IMG/VR virus record: IMGVR_UViG_3300031566_004355
Source: an uncultured virus (IMG/VR IMGVR_UViG_3300031566_004355)
Taxonomy: Duplodnaviria > Heunggongvirae > Uroviricota > Caudoviricetes
Length of the DNA: 64,000 nt
Direction: 5' to 3' (one strand)
Below the pieces are notes generated by a model. The model had not been told where the DNA came from. It ran no database searches and saw only the letters and a program-made list of their open reading frames with translations. Made by a program: the position numbers and the translations under genes. Of this stretch, positions 18,006 to 27,345 are shown piece by piece (within the stretch, counting starts at the first letter, position 1; each line of letters begins with the position of its first letter).

Positions 18006-18509
18006 TTGAAAAAGCATAAAACTTTGGTGGCAGTGTGGCTTCTAGTGGGCTTGCTTGCGGGCCTGACACTTACTGTGCCAGCTGCTGGTGCGTTAGATGT
18101 CTGTACCAACTGTACTGTGGCGATTTCCTGGGCAGTTGGAGAGATTCAGGGCGTAATGCCTACGGACTTTACGACTGAGCCTCTAGAGGTCGATTGGAAT
18201 GTCAACGAGATTGAGTATATCTGGTTAGGACTCAACTGCTCAACGACACTCGACGACCTCTTTATAGTGTTCGAGACCGGAGGCGACGTACTTGAGGTTG
18301 TGAGGACTACTCCACCCGCTGGTTGGCCGTCTCTGGTTACGTATAGGTCGGACTTTGAGTTGGGAGCGTACGTCTACGGACCTGCTGGAGGGTTCCAGTT
18401 AAGTTCGGGCCAGACTAGTGCCGAGTTTACAGTTATGCCGACGGTGACTGGTTGTCGCGACTTAAAGGTGTACATTATTCGGGACGAGCAGCCCTTTCAG
18501 GAGTTGTGA
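18006..18509 (+). CDS. Secreted protein
   Basis: SD AAGGAGGT, TTG start, signal peptide ending AGA. Confidence 0.6.
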   Translation: MKKHKTLVAVWLLVGLLAGLTLTVPAAGALDVCTNCTVAISWAVGEIQGVMPTDFTTEPLEVDWNVNEIEYIWLGLNCSTTLDDLFIVFETGGDVLEVVRTTPPAGWPSLVTYRSDFELGAYVYGPAGGFQLSSGQTSAEFTVMPTVTGCRDLKVYIIRDEQPFQEL

Positions 18510-19666
18510 TGATGGTACGAGTTTTTTTTGTTCTGGCAATACTTGTCGCTGTTGGGCTCTGTCCTGCAATCGCTAGTGCCGATGAGCCTGTAGAGGTAGT
18601 CTCGAACATTCTGGTGGGTGGAGTAGACTGTTGCGAGTGTGGGTGCGAACCATGTCCCGAGTGTCCTGACATTACTCCTGTTAGTCCCGTAGCCGTCTCG
18701 ACTCGGCTTGTGGAGTCGGTTGGTGAGACGAGTGCTACTCTGATGGGACTGTTGGTGGGTGATGGAGGTGGTGTGTGTTCAGTACGATTTCTCTATGGTG
18801 CGTCGACATCCTATGGCTCTAATACTTTGTGGGAGGATGGTTTAAGAGGCAATGACTCCTTTAGTGCCGAGCTTGAGGGCCTGTTACAGGGTACTGTGTA
18901 CCACTATCGTGCTCAGGCTGGGAACACTACAGTTACTGTTGAGGGCTCTGACGAGACGTTTGCGACGCCTCCAGGAGCTGTGATTGCGCCTGGTGCGACT
19001 CCTAATGTAGGCTCGATTCTGTTGACCTGGATGAAGGGTACTGGAGCTACGAGAACGCTCGTTAAGCGGAGCACGGTGAGTGTTCCTACTACTCCGACTG
19101 AAGGGGACTTAGTCTATTTTGGCCCCGATATGTCTTGTAACGACGCTAACCTAGAGAGTGGTGTAATGTATCAGTATGCTGTGTGGTCCGAGGCCAACGG
19201 CGTCTACTCTACTACTGCTTTGACTGTAGCCACTATGCCTCTGGCGGCTGAGCTGCCGTCCTCGACGAACTGGTGGGGTGCGATTATTGGTATTGGTGGC
19301 ATAATGGCGGTTATTGCACTCTACATCGTCTTCAGGCATCGTCGTCCCGAGCCTCCCCCGCCGTCGCCTACTGTACTTGAGGCTGACAAGGAGCCTTCTG
19401 GTAAAGCTACGTCGGTGTCGAAGCTGCCTAAGGTAAGTGAGAAGAAGGAAACCAAGGAGGAGGTTAAGGAGGTCGCCAAGAAGGAGGAGCCCGAGAAAGC
19501 CTCCGAAGAGGCGCCGCCTGGCGGTTCGGGCTTCGATGAACATGCACCGCCTTGTGCCGTGTGTGGTTCGCGGATTACTCAACTTAACGAGGGTTCCAAG
19601 ACTAAGTATACTTGCATGAAGTGCGGAGCTACGTTCGAGACGCCTACTGAGTCTGGAGATGCTTAA
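18509..19666 (+). CDS. Type I membrane protein with FN3-like domains and a C-terminal Zn ribbon
   Basis: Signal peptide; SATL.G...YG..TSYG...L.GL..GT.YHYRA; TM helix; Pro/Lys/Glu linker; CAVC...CMKC. Confidence 0.75.
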   Translation: MMVRVFFVLAILVAVGLCPAIASADEPVEVVSNILVGGVDCCECGCEPCPECPDITPVSPVAVSTRLVESVGETSATLMGLLVGDGGGVCSVRFLYGASTSYGSNTLWEDGLRGNDSFSAELEGLLQGTVYHYRAQAGNTTVTVEGSDETFATPPGAVIAPGATPNVGSILLTWMKGTGATRTLVKRSTVSVPTTPTEGDLVYFGPDMSCNDANLESGVMYQYAVWSEANGVYSTTALTVATMPLAAELPSSTNWWGAIIGIGGIMAVIALYIVFRHRRPEPPPPSPTVLEADKEPSGKATSVSKLPKVSEKKETKEEVKEVAKKEEPEKASEEAPPGGSGFDEHAPPCAVCGSRITQLNEGSKTKYTCMKCGATFETPTESGDA

Positions 19667-20699
19667 AGAACTGATAGCTGAGGATGTCCAGGAACCTAAG
19701 GTAACCAAGCTCTTTCGAGCTAGTGAGGTAGGGGAGTGCGAGACGTACCTGTGTAGGGTGCTTCTCGGGCATCATCCCTTACCGATGTCTGGCCGCGTGC
19801 GCCATATGCTTGCCGACGGTATTACTCACGAGAAGGATATTGTGGAGCGGCTGGTTCGAGAGGGTGTTGACGTGAAGCACTCGTGTCTCGACTCTCAGTT
19901 GTCTATTGTGTGTGTCGACGAGGGCGATTTGAAGATTCCTGGACATCCTGACGGACTATTGGAGCACCAGCCTTCAGGGTTCGAGCTCGACTACGCTGAA
20001 GAGGGGTTCAGGTACGATCGTGGTACGTACCTGTTAGAGATAACTGCTCCGAATCACTTCTCGTTCCTACGAGTTGAGCGCGACCACATGCGCTCGGCAC
20101 TGTGGCGGAAGTACGTACAAATTCAGATGTACCTGAACTCTGAGGTTATTAAGGAGCGTACTGACTGTTGTGTAGTCGAGGTCAAGAACAAGAATACGTC
20201 CGCTCTCTACGAGGAGGGGGTTGTTTACGACCCGAAGGTCGTACGGGGTGTAATGGATGTGCTGTGTCGCGTACAGGTCCTAGTTGCGAACGGCGAGGTA
20301 AGTCCTTACAGGTGTAAGGACTGGCGTAGGAGCTACTGCAAGTTTCGGCATATGTGTTTCGGTGAGGAGGTAGTAGAGGTTGAGCCTTCTGGTAAGTTCC
20401 TTAGTGGAGAGAGTCTTTCGAATGCTGAGGAGCTCCTACAAGCGGCTGAGCTATGGCTAAAGGGTAAGGATATGGTTGAGTCCGGTGAGGAACTGGTTGA
20501 GGATGCTAGGTCTCTTTTTCGGGCAACCATTGAGGAGTATGGTGCTTCTGGCTTGACTGTAGCGTGCGCTAGGGCTGCTATGATAAATGCAAACCGACGA
20601 AAGATTAGCCTAGACATTTTCAAGGCGAAGTACCCAGAGGCCTATAAGGATATGGTGTACTTGGAGCCGAGTCGGTATGTGAGGGTTACTAAGACATGA
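19659..20699 (+). CDS. Cas4/PD-(D/E)xK-like exonuclease
   Basis: RASEVGEC, G..HE, GHPDG, LEIT, QIQMY, C..W...YCKFRHMC. Confidence 0.75.
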   Translation: MLKELIAEDVQEPKVTKLFRASEVGECETYLCRVLLGHHPLPMSGRVRHMLADGITHEKDIVERLVREGVDVKHSCLDSQLSIVCVDEGDLKIPGHPDGLLEHQPSGFELDYAEEGFRYDRGTYLLEITAPNHFSFLRVERDHMRSALWRKYVQIQMYLNSEVIKERTDCCVVEVKNKNTSALYEEGVVYDPKVVRGVMDVLCRVQVLVANGEVSPYRCKDWRRSYCKFRHMCFGEEVVEVEPSGKFLSGESLSNAEELLQAAELWLKGKDMVESGEELVEDARSLFRATIEEYGASGLTVACARAAMINANRRKISLDIFKAKYPEAYKDMVYLEPSRYVRVTKT

Positions 20700-21258
20700 G
20701 TTCCCTAGAGGACACGCTACCTGGGTACAGAGAGGCTGTGAAGCTGGGCTATCAGTTGGCAACGTACTCGGATGACCGCAACAGCGCAACGTATTGTAAG
20801 AGCGACTTGACGCGGAGGTAAGTAATATGGATAAAAGTATGATTACGGGAATGAATATGTTCTTTTTAGGGATGGTAGGTAAAATGCTACCTACTATATT
20901 TCCCAACTATGCCTTTCCTACTTGGGTGGATCCTGCATCCCTACTTCTTCTGCTGATTGGATTTACCATTATAATCCTCAGTGGGACAGGAGTAATTAAA
21001 ACTATGTTTGGTAAAAGTAATTAGAAGGAGGTATAATGGACATAATAAGTTGGGTAGAGTGTATCTGGACAAAGGTGCCTACGTGTCGCTTCTGTAGTCA
21101 CGTTTACGAGAACGCGGAGGGGTACCCTAGTATCTGGGTCGAGGACAAGAAGGGCGAAGACCACCTGCGGCGGTTAGTCGAGTCCCATATGAGTTTTGCA
21201 CATAGGGGCAAGCGAGTCTGCTACCGCGGCAAGTTGTGGTCTAAATAAGGAGGTATGA

Positions 21259-21642
21259 GTGTACAAACTGAAGGTTAGGATGCACTTCGACGCGGCACAC
21301 TTCATTAGGGACTATCAGGGTAAGTGTAGTCGCGAGCATGGACATCGCTGGACTGTTGAGGCGGTCTTCGAGGGTAAAGTGCTTGATGCGAAGAATATGT
21401 TGTCGGACTTCGCGAACATCAAGTACGTAATGGGCAACATAATAAACGGTATGCTTGACCATTACCAACTCAACGAGACTCTGAAGGAGCCAAACGTGAC
21501 TGCCGAGTTCCTGGCGGAGTACCTCTACAAGCGGTTCTGGGACGCTTTTACCGGTAAGGGTTCCTTGGTGCAGGCGCTAGCGACACTGAAGAGTGTCACG
21601 GTATGGGAGAGTCCAGACTGCGGCGCGGAGTACGCTGAATGA
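21259..21642 (+). CDS. queD: 6-carboxy-5,6,7,8-tetrahydropterin synthase
   Basis: FDAAH, CSREHGHRW, LDHYQLNE, TAEFLA, VWES. Confidence 0.95.
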   Translation: MYKLKVRMHFDAAHFIRDYQGKCSREHGHRWTVEAVFEGKVLDAKNMLSDFANIKYVMGNIINGMLDHYQLNETLKEPNVTAEFLAEYLYKRFWDAFTGKGSLVQALATLKSVTVWESPDCGAEYAE

Positions 21643-23615
21643 CGATTCAGGCACCGAGCGAAGCGTCTCAAAAGGTTCTGTGCAAGTCGTACTTGCACAG
21701 AGACGAAACTCAAGGTGAGTGCCCTTATTGTGGTCAGCGTCACGAGAGCATCGACGCGATGTTCGATAGGGTGTCGTTTGGCAATGCTGCGTATCGCGCG
21801 ATGCTGAGCGCGTTCGACTTTCTACCGAACTCTCCGACGATGTTTAATGCGGGTGGTCTCGGTACTCTCAGTGCGTGTTTTAAGTTCGATGTGGCGGACG
21901 ATATGGAGTCCATACTTGAGGTGGGTCGGAAGTCTGCACTAGTTCAGAAGTGGGGTGGAGGAGTCGGGTACTGCTTGTCCGAGTTGCGACCCGAGGGCGC
22001 ACCGATAAGGTCTACGCACGGGAGAGCGTGCGGTCCAGTCGCCGTGATGCACATGTATCACGCAATAGCTGAGATGATTACTCAGGGTGGGAAGCGTAGC
22101 GGTGCACAGATGGCGATTCTGCACTGCGACCACCCCGATATACTGAAGTTTGTGAGTAGTAAAGAGCGCGAGGGAGTTCTCGATACCTTTAATATCAGTG
22201 TGGCGGCGACTCAGGAGTTCATGGAGCATGTAGCCGACGCTGGGCCGCGAAAGGACCTGTTCGACGAGATTGTCAAGCGAGCCTGGTCTAATGGTGACCC
22301 CGGACTGTACTTCATAGATACTGCTGAGGTATTCAATCCGACTCCCGACCTGGGAAAGTTAACTGGGACTAATCCTTGTGGTGAAGTTCCCTTGTTGGAT
22401 AACGAGTCCTGCAATCTTGGGAGCATTAACCTGTCTCACTTTGTTGAGTCGGGTCATGCCGGCTTTAACTGGGATAGGTTGAAGGGTGTGGTGACTTTAG
22501 CTACTCGCTATTTAGACGATGTTGTCGACCGTGATTATTATCCTGTTAAAGAAGTTCGGGAGGCTACAATACGCACTCGCAAGCTTGGTCTGGGAGTGAT
22601 GGGCTGGGCTGATGCTCTTGCAATGCTTCAAATACCCTACGACTCTAGAGAGGCTTGTGACTTGGCCCGTGGCGTTATGCAATTCATACACGATAGAGCT
22701 CGTGCGGCGAGTAACGAGTTGCTTGAAGACCGGGGTCCTTGTTCTGCGGACTCTTCAAGGCGGAATGTATGTGTTACGTGTATCGCGCCTACAGGAACCA
22801 TCTCGACTGTGGCAAACTGTTCTAGTGGCATTGAGCCCCATTTCTCGCTTGACTACACTCAGTTCATGGGTGACGGGACTGCGTTACCGCGCAAGGTGTC
22901 GTTCGGAGCCTTCGTGCCTAGGATAGCGAGCGAGATTTCGTGGCAGTACCACATACACCACCAAGCTGCGTTTCAGGTGTATACTGACTTGGCGGTTAGT
23001 AAGACTGTTAACATGCCGAGTTCTGCGACCGAAGGGGATGTGCGCGATGCGTACATGATGGCTTGGGAGTTAAGGTGTAAGGGTGTAACAGTATACCGTG
23101 AAGGTAGTCGCGTGAGGCAAGCGCTGGCTAAGAACTACGTGACTGACATTAAGTTTGATGGACGACGCAAGTTAAGGCGGGATGGAGTGAGCCTTCGGCA
23201 CAAGTTCGATGTGGGAGACGTTGAGGGGTACTTGCACGTCGGCCTCTTTGATGATGGGAGTCCTGGAGAGGTATTCATTACGGGCGTTAAGCAGGGTAGC
23301 ACTATTTCAGGTCTATTGGACGGTGTTGCTATCTTGACTAGTCTAGCGCTTCAACGTGGCGTACCCTTGGAGGAGATGGTTTCCAAGTTGCAGGGTACGA
23401 AGTTCGAGCCTGCTGGACTCACTAGGAATGCGAGCATTCCAACTACAACGTCGTTACTGGACTACATCTTTAGGTATGTGCAGCTCAGGTGTAGCGGACA
23501 AGAGGTAGCGAGTCTCGAGTATAGTGGCATGCTTTGTCCGGATTGTGGAGCTACAATAAAGTTTCAGGAGGGTTGTATGCATTGTTCGAGAGATTGTGGG
23601 TGGTCAAGATGTTAA
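21639..23615 (+). CDS. nrdJ: Class II (B12-dependent) ribonucleotide reductase with C-terminal TSCPD-like domain
   Basis: PNSPT, LSACF, GGGVG, TNPCGEVPL, CNLGSINL, IAPTGTIS, KGVTVYR; C-terminal CPDC..C..CGWSRC. Confidence 0.92.
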   Translation: MTIQAPSEASQKVLCKSYLHRDETQGECPYCGQRHESIDAMFDRVSFGNAAYRAMLSAFDFLPNSPTMFNAGGLGTLSACFKFDVADDMESILEVGRKSALVQKWGGGVGYCLSELRPEGAPIRSTHGRACGPVAVMHMYHAIAEMITQGGKRSGAQMAILHCDHPDILKFVSSKEREGVLDTFNISVAATQEFMEHVADAGPRKDLFDEIVKRAWSNGDPGLYFIDTAEVFNPTPDLGKLTGTNPCGEVPLLDNESCNLGSINLSHFVESGHAGFNWDRLKGVVTLATRYLDDVVDRDYYPVKEVREATIRTRKLGLGVMGWADALAMLQIPYDSREACDLARGVMQFIHDRARAASNELLEDRGPCSADSSRRNVCVTCIAPTGTISTVANCSSGIEPHFSLDYTQFMGDGTALPRKVSFGAFVPRIASEISWQYHIHHQAAFQVYTDLAVSKTVNMPSSATEGDVRDAYMMAWELRCKGVTVYREGSRVRQALAKNYVTDIKFDGRRKLRRDGVSLRHKFDVGDVEGYLHVGLFDDGSPGEVFITGVKQGSTISGLLDGVAILTSLALQRGVPLEEMVSKLQGTKFEPAGLTRNASIPTTTSLLDYIFRYVQLRCSGQEVASLEYSGMLCPDCGATIKFQEGCMHCSRDCGWSRC

Positions 23616-24289
23616 TCAACGAGGTGTTCAAGTCTTGCCAAGGAGAGGGTCCAGGAGCGAGGCTCCCGACTATATTCGTGAGAATGGCCGGGTGCAATCT
23701 CGCTATCGCTAAGAGGCCCTGTAGTTGGTGTGATACGCCACGTGCTCAAGCACGTGGCGACTGGGACCTGACTGTAGAGCAGGTTGTGGAGCTTGTCGTG
23801 AGCCGCTCTGAGGGGTGTTCGAGGGTGTGCATTACTGGCGGCGAGCCGCTTTATCAGCTAGCAGAGTTGCAGAGGCTGATAGCTGTTCTGCAGGGTTCCG
23901 AGTACTTCGTAGAGGTGTTCACGAATGGTACGCTGTTCCCGCCTATGGCGCTCTTGCGGGATGTACAGTCTTGGATTGTGGACATCAAGACCCCTTCATC
24001 GGGAGTGTCCGACGCGTGTCGCGTGTCGCATTGGCTAGGAGCTGCGCGGCCTCAGGACGCGGTCAAGTTCGTTGTATTGGGTGAGATAGACTTGGAGTAC
24101 GCTGTAGAGACGTTGAAGTCCCGGTATACTCGTGCTCCGGTGTTCATAAGTCCTTGTATTACCGATGACGTTCTGCGCGAAGGCTCTAGGCCGTGGTTGC
24201 AGCGTGTATGGACTTTTTGCTACAGACACAACTACTGCTTTGGACTTCAATTACATAAGGTCGCATTCGGAAATGCTCCGGGAGTATAG
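23609..24289 (+). CDS. queE: 7-carboxy-7-deazaguanine synthase (radical SAM)
   Basis: INEVFKSCQGEG, FVRMAGCNL..CSWCDT, ITGGEP, LQLHK. Confidence 0.92.
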   Translation: MLINEVFKSCQGEGPGARLPTIFVRMAGCNLAIAKRPCSWCDTPRAQARGDWDLTVEQVVELVVSRSEGCSRVCITGGEPLYQLAELQRLIAVLQGSEYFVEVFTNGTLFPPMALLRDVQSWIVDIKTPSSGVSDACRVSHWLGAARPQDAVKFVVLGEIDLEYAVETLKSRYTRAPVFISPCITDDVLREGSRPWLQRVWTFCYRHNYCFGLQLHKVAFGNAPGV

Positions 24290-24698
24290 TTTCCCCAGAA
24301 AAGGAGGTTAGTATGAGAGCTAGAAGGTGGGGAGTCGTGCTTAGGGACGGGACTACGTTCGTGGGACTTCGAACCGCTGCATGTGTTTGGTGGCATGACA
24401 GCATTAGGGTACTTACGTTCGTAGTGGACGACCCTCGAGAAACTGGTATGCCTAGGGGCGTGCTAGTGAGGGTGCGTACAGACAGCTTGCTGTACCGGTA
24501 CAGGTTGCCGGTGTGAGTAGAGACTGGGTAGTGTATACTATTCTGCTGGCCTTGGGGGCTAGTGGAACTGCGGTAGGAGCTGTGGGGGTAGTGTTGTGCA
24601 CTCCTTTCGCTTTGGCTGTGGGCTTTGGAGTGGCAGCAGCTACTGGAGTGCTTCTCTTGGTGCGCGCGGTGCGTACTTAATGGAAAGGAGGACTACGA

Positions 24699-25256
24699 AT
24701 GGACAAACTGAGAGCCGTGGCCGCTGTTAGGGAGCTCTTACTAGCCCTGGACCGGGACTTAGAGTCTGAGGGTCTACAGGATACTCCTAGGCGCGTCGCG
24801 GAGATGTACATAGAGCAGTGTTCGGACGCAGAGCCGTTCGAGTATAAGTCTTTTACAGAGGTTCGACACGAGGAGCTTGTGTTAGTGCGGAACATTCCCA
24901 TTACTTCCTTCTGTGAGCATCACCTAGTGCCGTGGTATGGTAGGGCGTTCGTGGGCTACATTCCACATAAGAAGCTCCTGGGTTTGAGCAAGCTGGCACG
25001 TCTTGTGTACTCGTGCAGTGAGGGCTTTACTATCCAGGAAGGGGTTACGAAGCTGATTGCTGACAGGTTGTATGACGAGTTCGAGCCCTTGGGAGTGATG
25101 GTAGTTATCAACGCGATGCATACGTGTATGAACCTGCGAGGCGCTAGGGCGTTTGGTGCTAGTACAGTAACTTCGGCCGTTAGAGGTGTGATGAGAGACG
25201 TGCCGGCGGCGCGAGCTGAGGTGCTGGCTCTAATGCAGCAGGAGGTCAAGCAGTGA
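24699..25256 (+). CDS. folE: GTP cyclohydrolase I
   Basis: GLQDTPRRV, SFCEHH, GLSKLAR, IQE, HTCM..RG. Confidence 0.95.
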   Translation: MDKLRAVAAVRELLLALDRDLESEGLQDTPRRVAEMYIEQCSDAEPFEYKSFTEVRHEELVLVRNIPITSFCEHHLVPWYGRAFVGYIPHKKLLGLSKLARLVYSCSEGFTIQEGVTKLIADRLYDEFEPLGVMVVINAMHTCMNLRGARAFGASTVTSAVRGVMRDVPAARAEVLALMQQEVKQ

Positions 25257-26017
25257 GGGCTGCACTAATGGCCCCTACAAACTTGTTGCCTTTAGTACAG
25301 CCCTTTAGCAACTATCACCTTGTATTAGCGTACAAGGTCATCTACGATGTGGGGTACTATAACTACTGTAAGGAACGTTCGAAGGCCGGTGACTATGTCA
25401 TATTGGACAATGGTGCGGTTGAGAAGGGTGGACGTAGCGTTCCGTTGAAGAATATAGTGCTTGCAGCGGTGTTGTGCAAGCCGTCTTTGGTAGTCCTCCC
25501 CGATTTTTTGTTCGACAGTCTTAGGACCTTGGACGAGCTGGAGAACGCGTTGCGAAGCCCTGCGTTCCGTTTTCTTAAGAAAGTGCACCCTGGCGTGAAA
25601 CTGTGCGCTGTCGTTCAAGGAGTCGATGAGTCGGACTGGCTGGAGTGCTTCGACATTCTGAACGACCGTAATAACGGTATCGACGTTCTAGGCATTCCGA
25701 AGATAACGGGCCAGTTCTTCGGTAGCCGCCTAGAGGCTCTCAAACGAATTAGTCGTAGGGTCAAGAAGCCCTGTCATCTTTTTGGTGTGTGGTGGCAGTC
25801 GACTCTTGAGGAACTTCGTCAGGAGGCCCAGTTCCACTTTGTGCAAGGAGTGGACACTCCTAAGCCTGTTCGATTGGCAGCGCACGGCCTGAGCCTTTCG
25901 CAGTGGGCTGCGATGCCTAGGGGTAAGGACTTCTTGGACAGGCCTTGCGTCGACTACAATGTAGAGCTGTTGCGGGACAACTGCGCCAAGTTTGTTGAGC
26001 TGTGTGGGGGGAGTTGA
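25253..26017 (+). CDS. tRNA-guanine transglycosylase-like protein (DpdA-type DNA base-exchange candidate)
   Basis: TGT-barrel motifs ILDNGA, VLPD, VVQG, HLFG, GVDT; translationally coupled to folE. Confidence 0.7.
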   Translation: MRAALMAPTNLLPLVQPFSNYHLVLAYKVIYDVGYYNYCKERSKAGDYVILDNGAVEKGGRSVPLKNIVLAAVLCKPSLVVLPDFLFDSLRTLDELENALRSPAFRFLKKVHPGVKLCAVVQGVDESDWLECFDILNDRNNGIDVLGIPKITGQFFGSRLEALKRISRRVKKPCHLFGVWWQSTLEELRQEAQFHFVQGVDTPKPVRLAAHGLSLSQWAAMPRGKDFLDRPCVDYNVELLRDNCAKFVELCGGS

Positions 26018-26447
26018 TTATGGTTACGTTTCTGCGCTGGTTGTTCTCGAATAGCGGCGCGATTAGGGGTGCGCCGGATGTCCAATCTCAGTACTTGTTT
26101 ATGAGGGCTAAGCGGCCTTTGATGGAGAAGAAGTGTCCATATTGTGGGTGTGTGTACTGGGCGTTTGCTACGGGCAACAAGTACTGTGGTGGGTTCAAAT
26201 GCTTTAGGGAAATGTTAAAGAGGAGGCGAAATGAATAAACACTCAAAGAGATTTCTACTTGGTTGTGCTTGGGTTGGCTTGGCACTAATACCTATCGGGG
26301 CACTAGGCACCATATATGCCTTGGTATTTATTGGCTTTGGGCTACTCGTGGGATTCATTGCCCTAGTGTTATGGGCTAAAAAGCACAAGCCTTTATGGTA
26401 TGAAGCCTTAGGGTAAAATAGCGACAAAACAGAAGAAGGAGGCGAAA

Positions 26448-26762
26448 ATGACCGATAACGAGAGTAACGCGTCGATAGAGAGTCAACTGGTTGACGAGAC
26501 TGCGAAGCTGGTGGCTGAGGGTGAGGAGGTTACGCAGGAGATGGTCGTTGACCCCTTCTTTGAGAGCCTTAAGGAGGCTTTGCGAAAGGACGCGAAGCAG
26601 CATATGAAGAAGGGTACGATAAAGTTGCCTGTCGACCCTGAGGAGTTCGCGACTCGTCTTGAGAGCAGCCCGTTGATGCGCGCGCTAGCTATGAAGCACG
26701 AGGACTACGTGCGCGCTGTCAAGGAGGTTTGTGACGAGCTAGGCATAGAGCGTGTCCAGTAG
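26448..26762 (+). CDS. Hypothetical acidic protein
   Basis: SD AAGGAGG. Confidence 0.55.
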   Translation: MTDNESNASIESQLVDETAKLVAEGEEVTQEMVVDPFFESLKEALRKDAKQHMKKGTIKLPVDPEEFATRLESSPLMRALAMKHEDYVRAVKEVCDELGIERVQ

Positions 26763-26777
26763 GACCGTGTTCTGTGT

Positions 26778-26941
26778 GGGTGTCACCGGAAAGTTCTGCG
26801 GGGCAGACTGTGAACAGCAGATGTCCCATGCCTCCCGGTCCCGTGTGGTGCAGGGCCTTGTAATCGGGGAGTAGGTACGCGAGACACGTACTAAAGTATC
26901 CGGGGTAGTGTAATGTCCGACACTACCTCGGACAGACACTC
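26778..26941 (+). ncRNA. Putative multibranch structured RNA upstream of the polA gene pair
   Basis: Closing GGGTGTC/GACACTC, ACCGG/CCGGT, GGTACG/CGTACT and a 13-bp hairpin 26899-911/26920-32. Confidence 0.45.
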
Positions 26942-26958
26942 TTACATTTGGAGGTGTT

Positions 26959-27345
26959 ATGATAGTACCAGACGAAGAGGTAACTTCGGTCCGCACCCTG
27001 CAGCAACGCCTAGGGAGTGTACGAACAGCGCTGTACCAGGGCATCTTACACAAGTCGACTACGGGGCTCTTAGTATCAGAAGAGTGGCTCCGAGATGCCC
27101 TGGAGAAGCGAGTGCTGGAACTCGAGCACCTGATTGTCGAGCTGACGGGCATTGAAGCGGATTGTCATTGTAAGGTGTGTGGTGTAGGCACTGACGGTGA
27201 GGATAGGGTATTCTGGGCCTCGAGTGCGTTGTACATAATCGAGTGTGGTATAAAGCTAGAGCATCTGAGTTCTGGCGACCCTCTTTGTCAGCGCTGCCGC
27301 AGGAAGGCTAAGTTGTACAAGTCAACTGAGGGGATTTCGGCATGA
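26959..27345 (+). CDS. Hypothetical protein with C-terminal Zn finger
   Basis: SD GGAGGT; CKVC...CQRC; ATGA overlap with polA. Confidence 0.6.
   Translation: MIVPDEEVTSVRTLQQRLGSVRTALYQGILHKSTTGLLVSEEWLRDALEKRVLELEHLIVELTGIEADCHCKVCGVGTDGEDRVFWASSALYIIECGIKLEHLSSGDPLCQRCRRKAKLYKSTEGISA

Noticed and set aside
19659..20699. Cas4-like gene as evidence of a CRISPR-Cas system
   Set aside because: No repeat-spacer array or other cas genes seen; solo Cas4-like nucleases are common viral recombination genes
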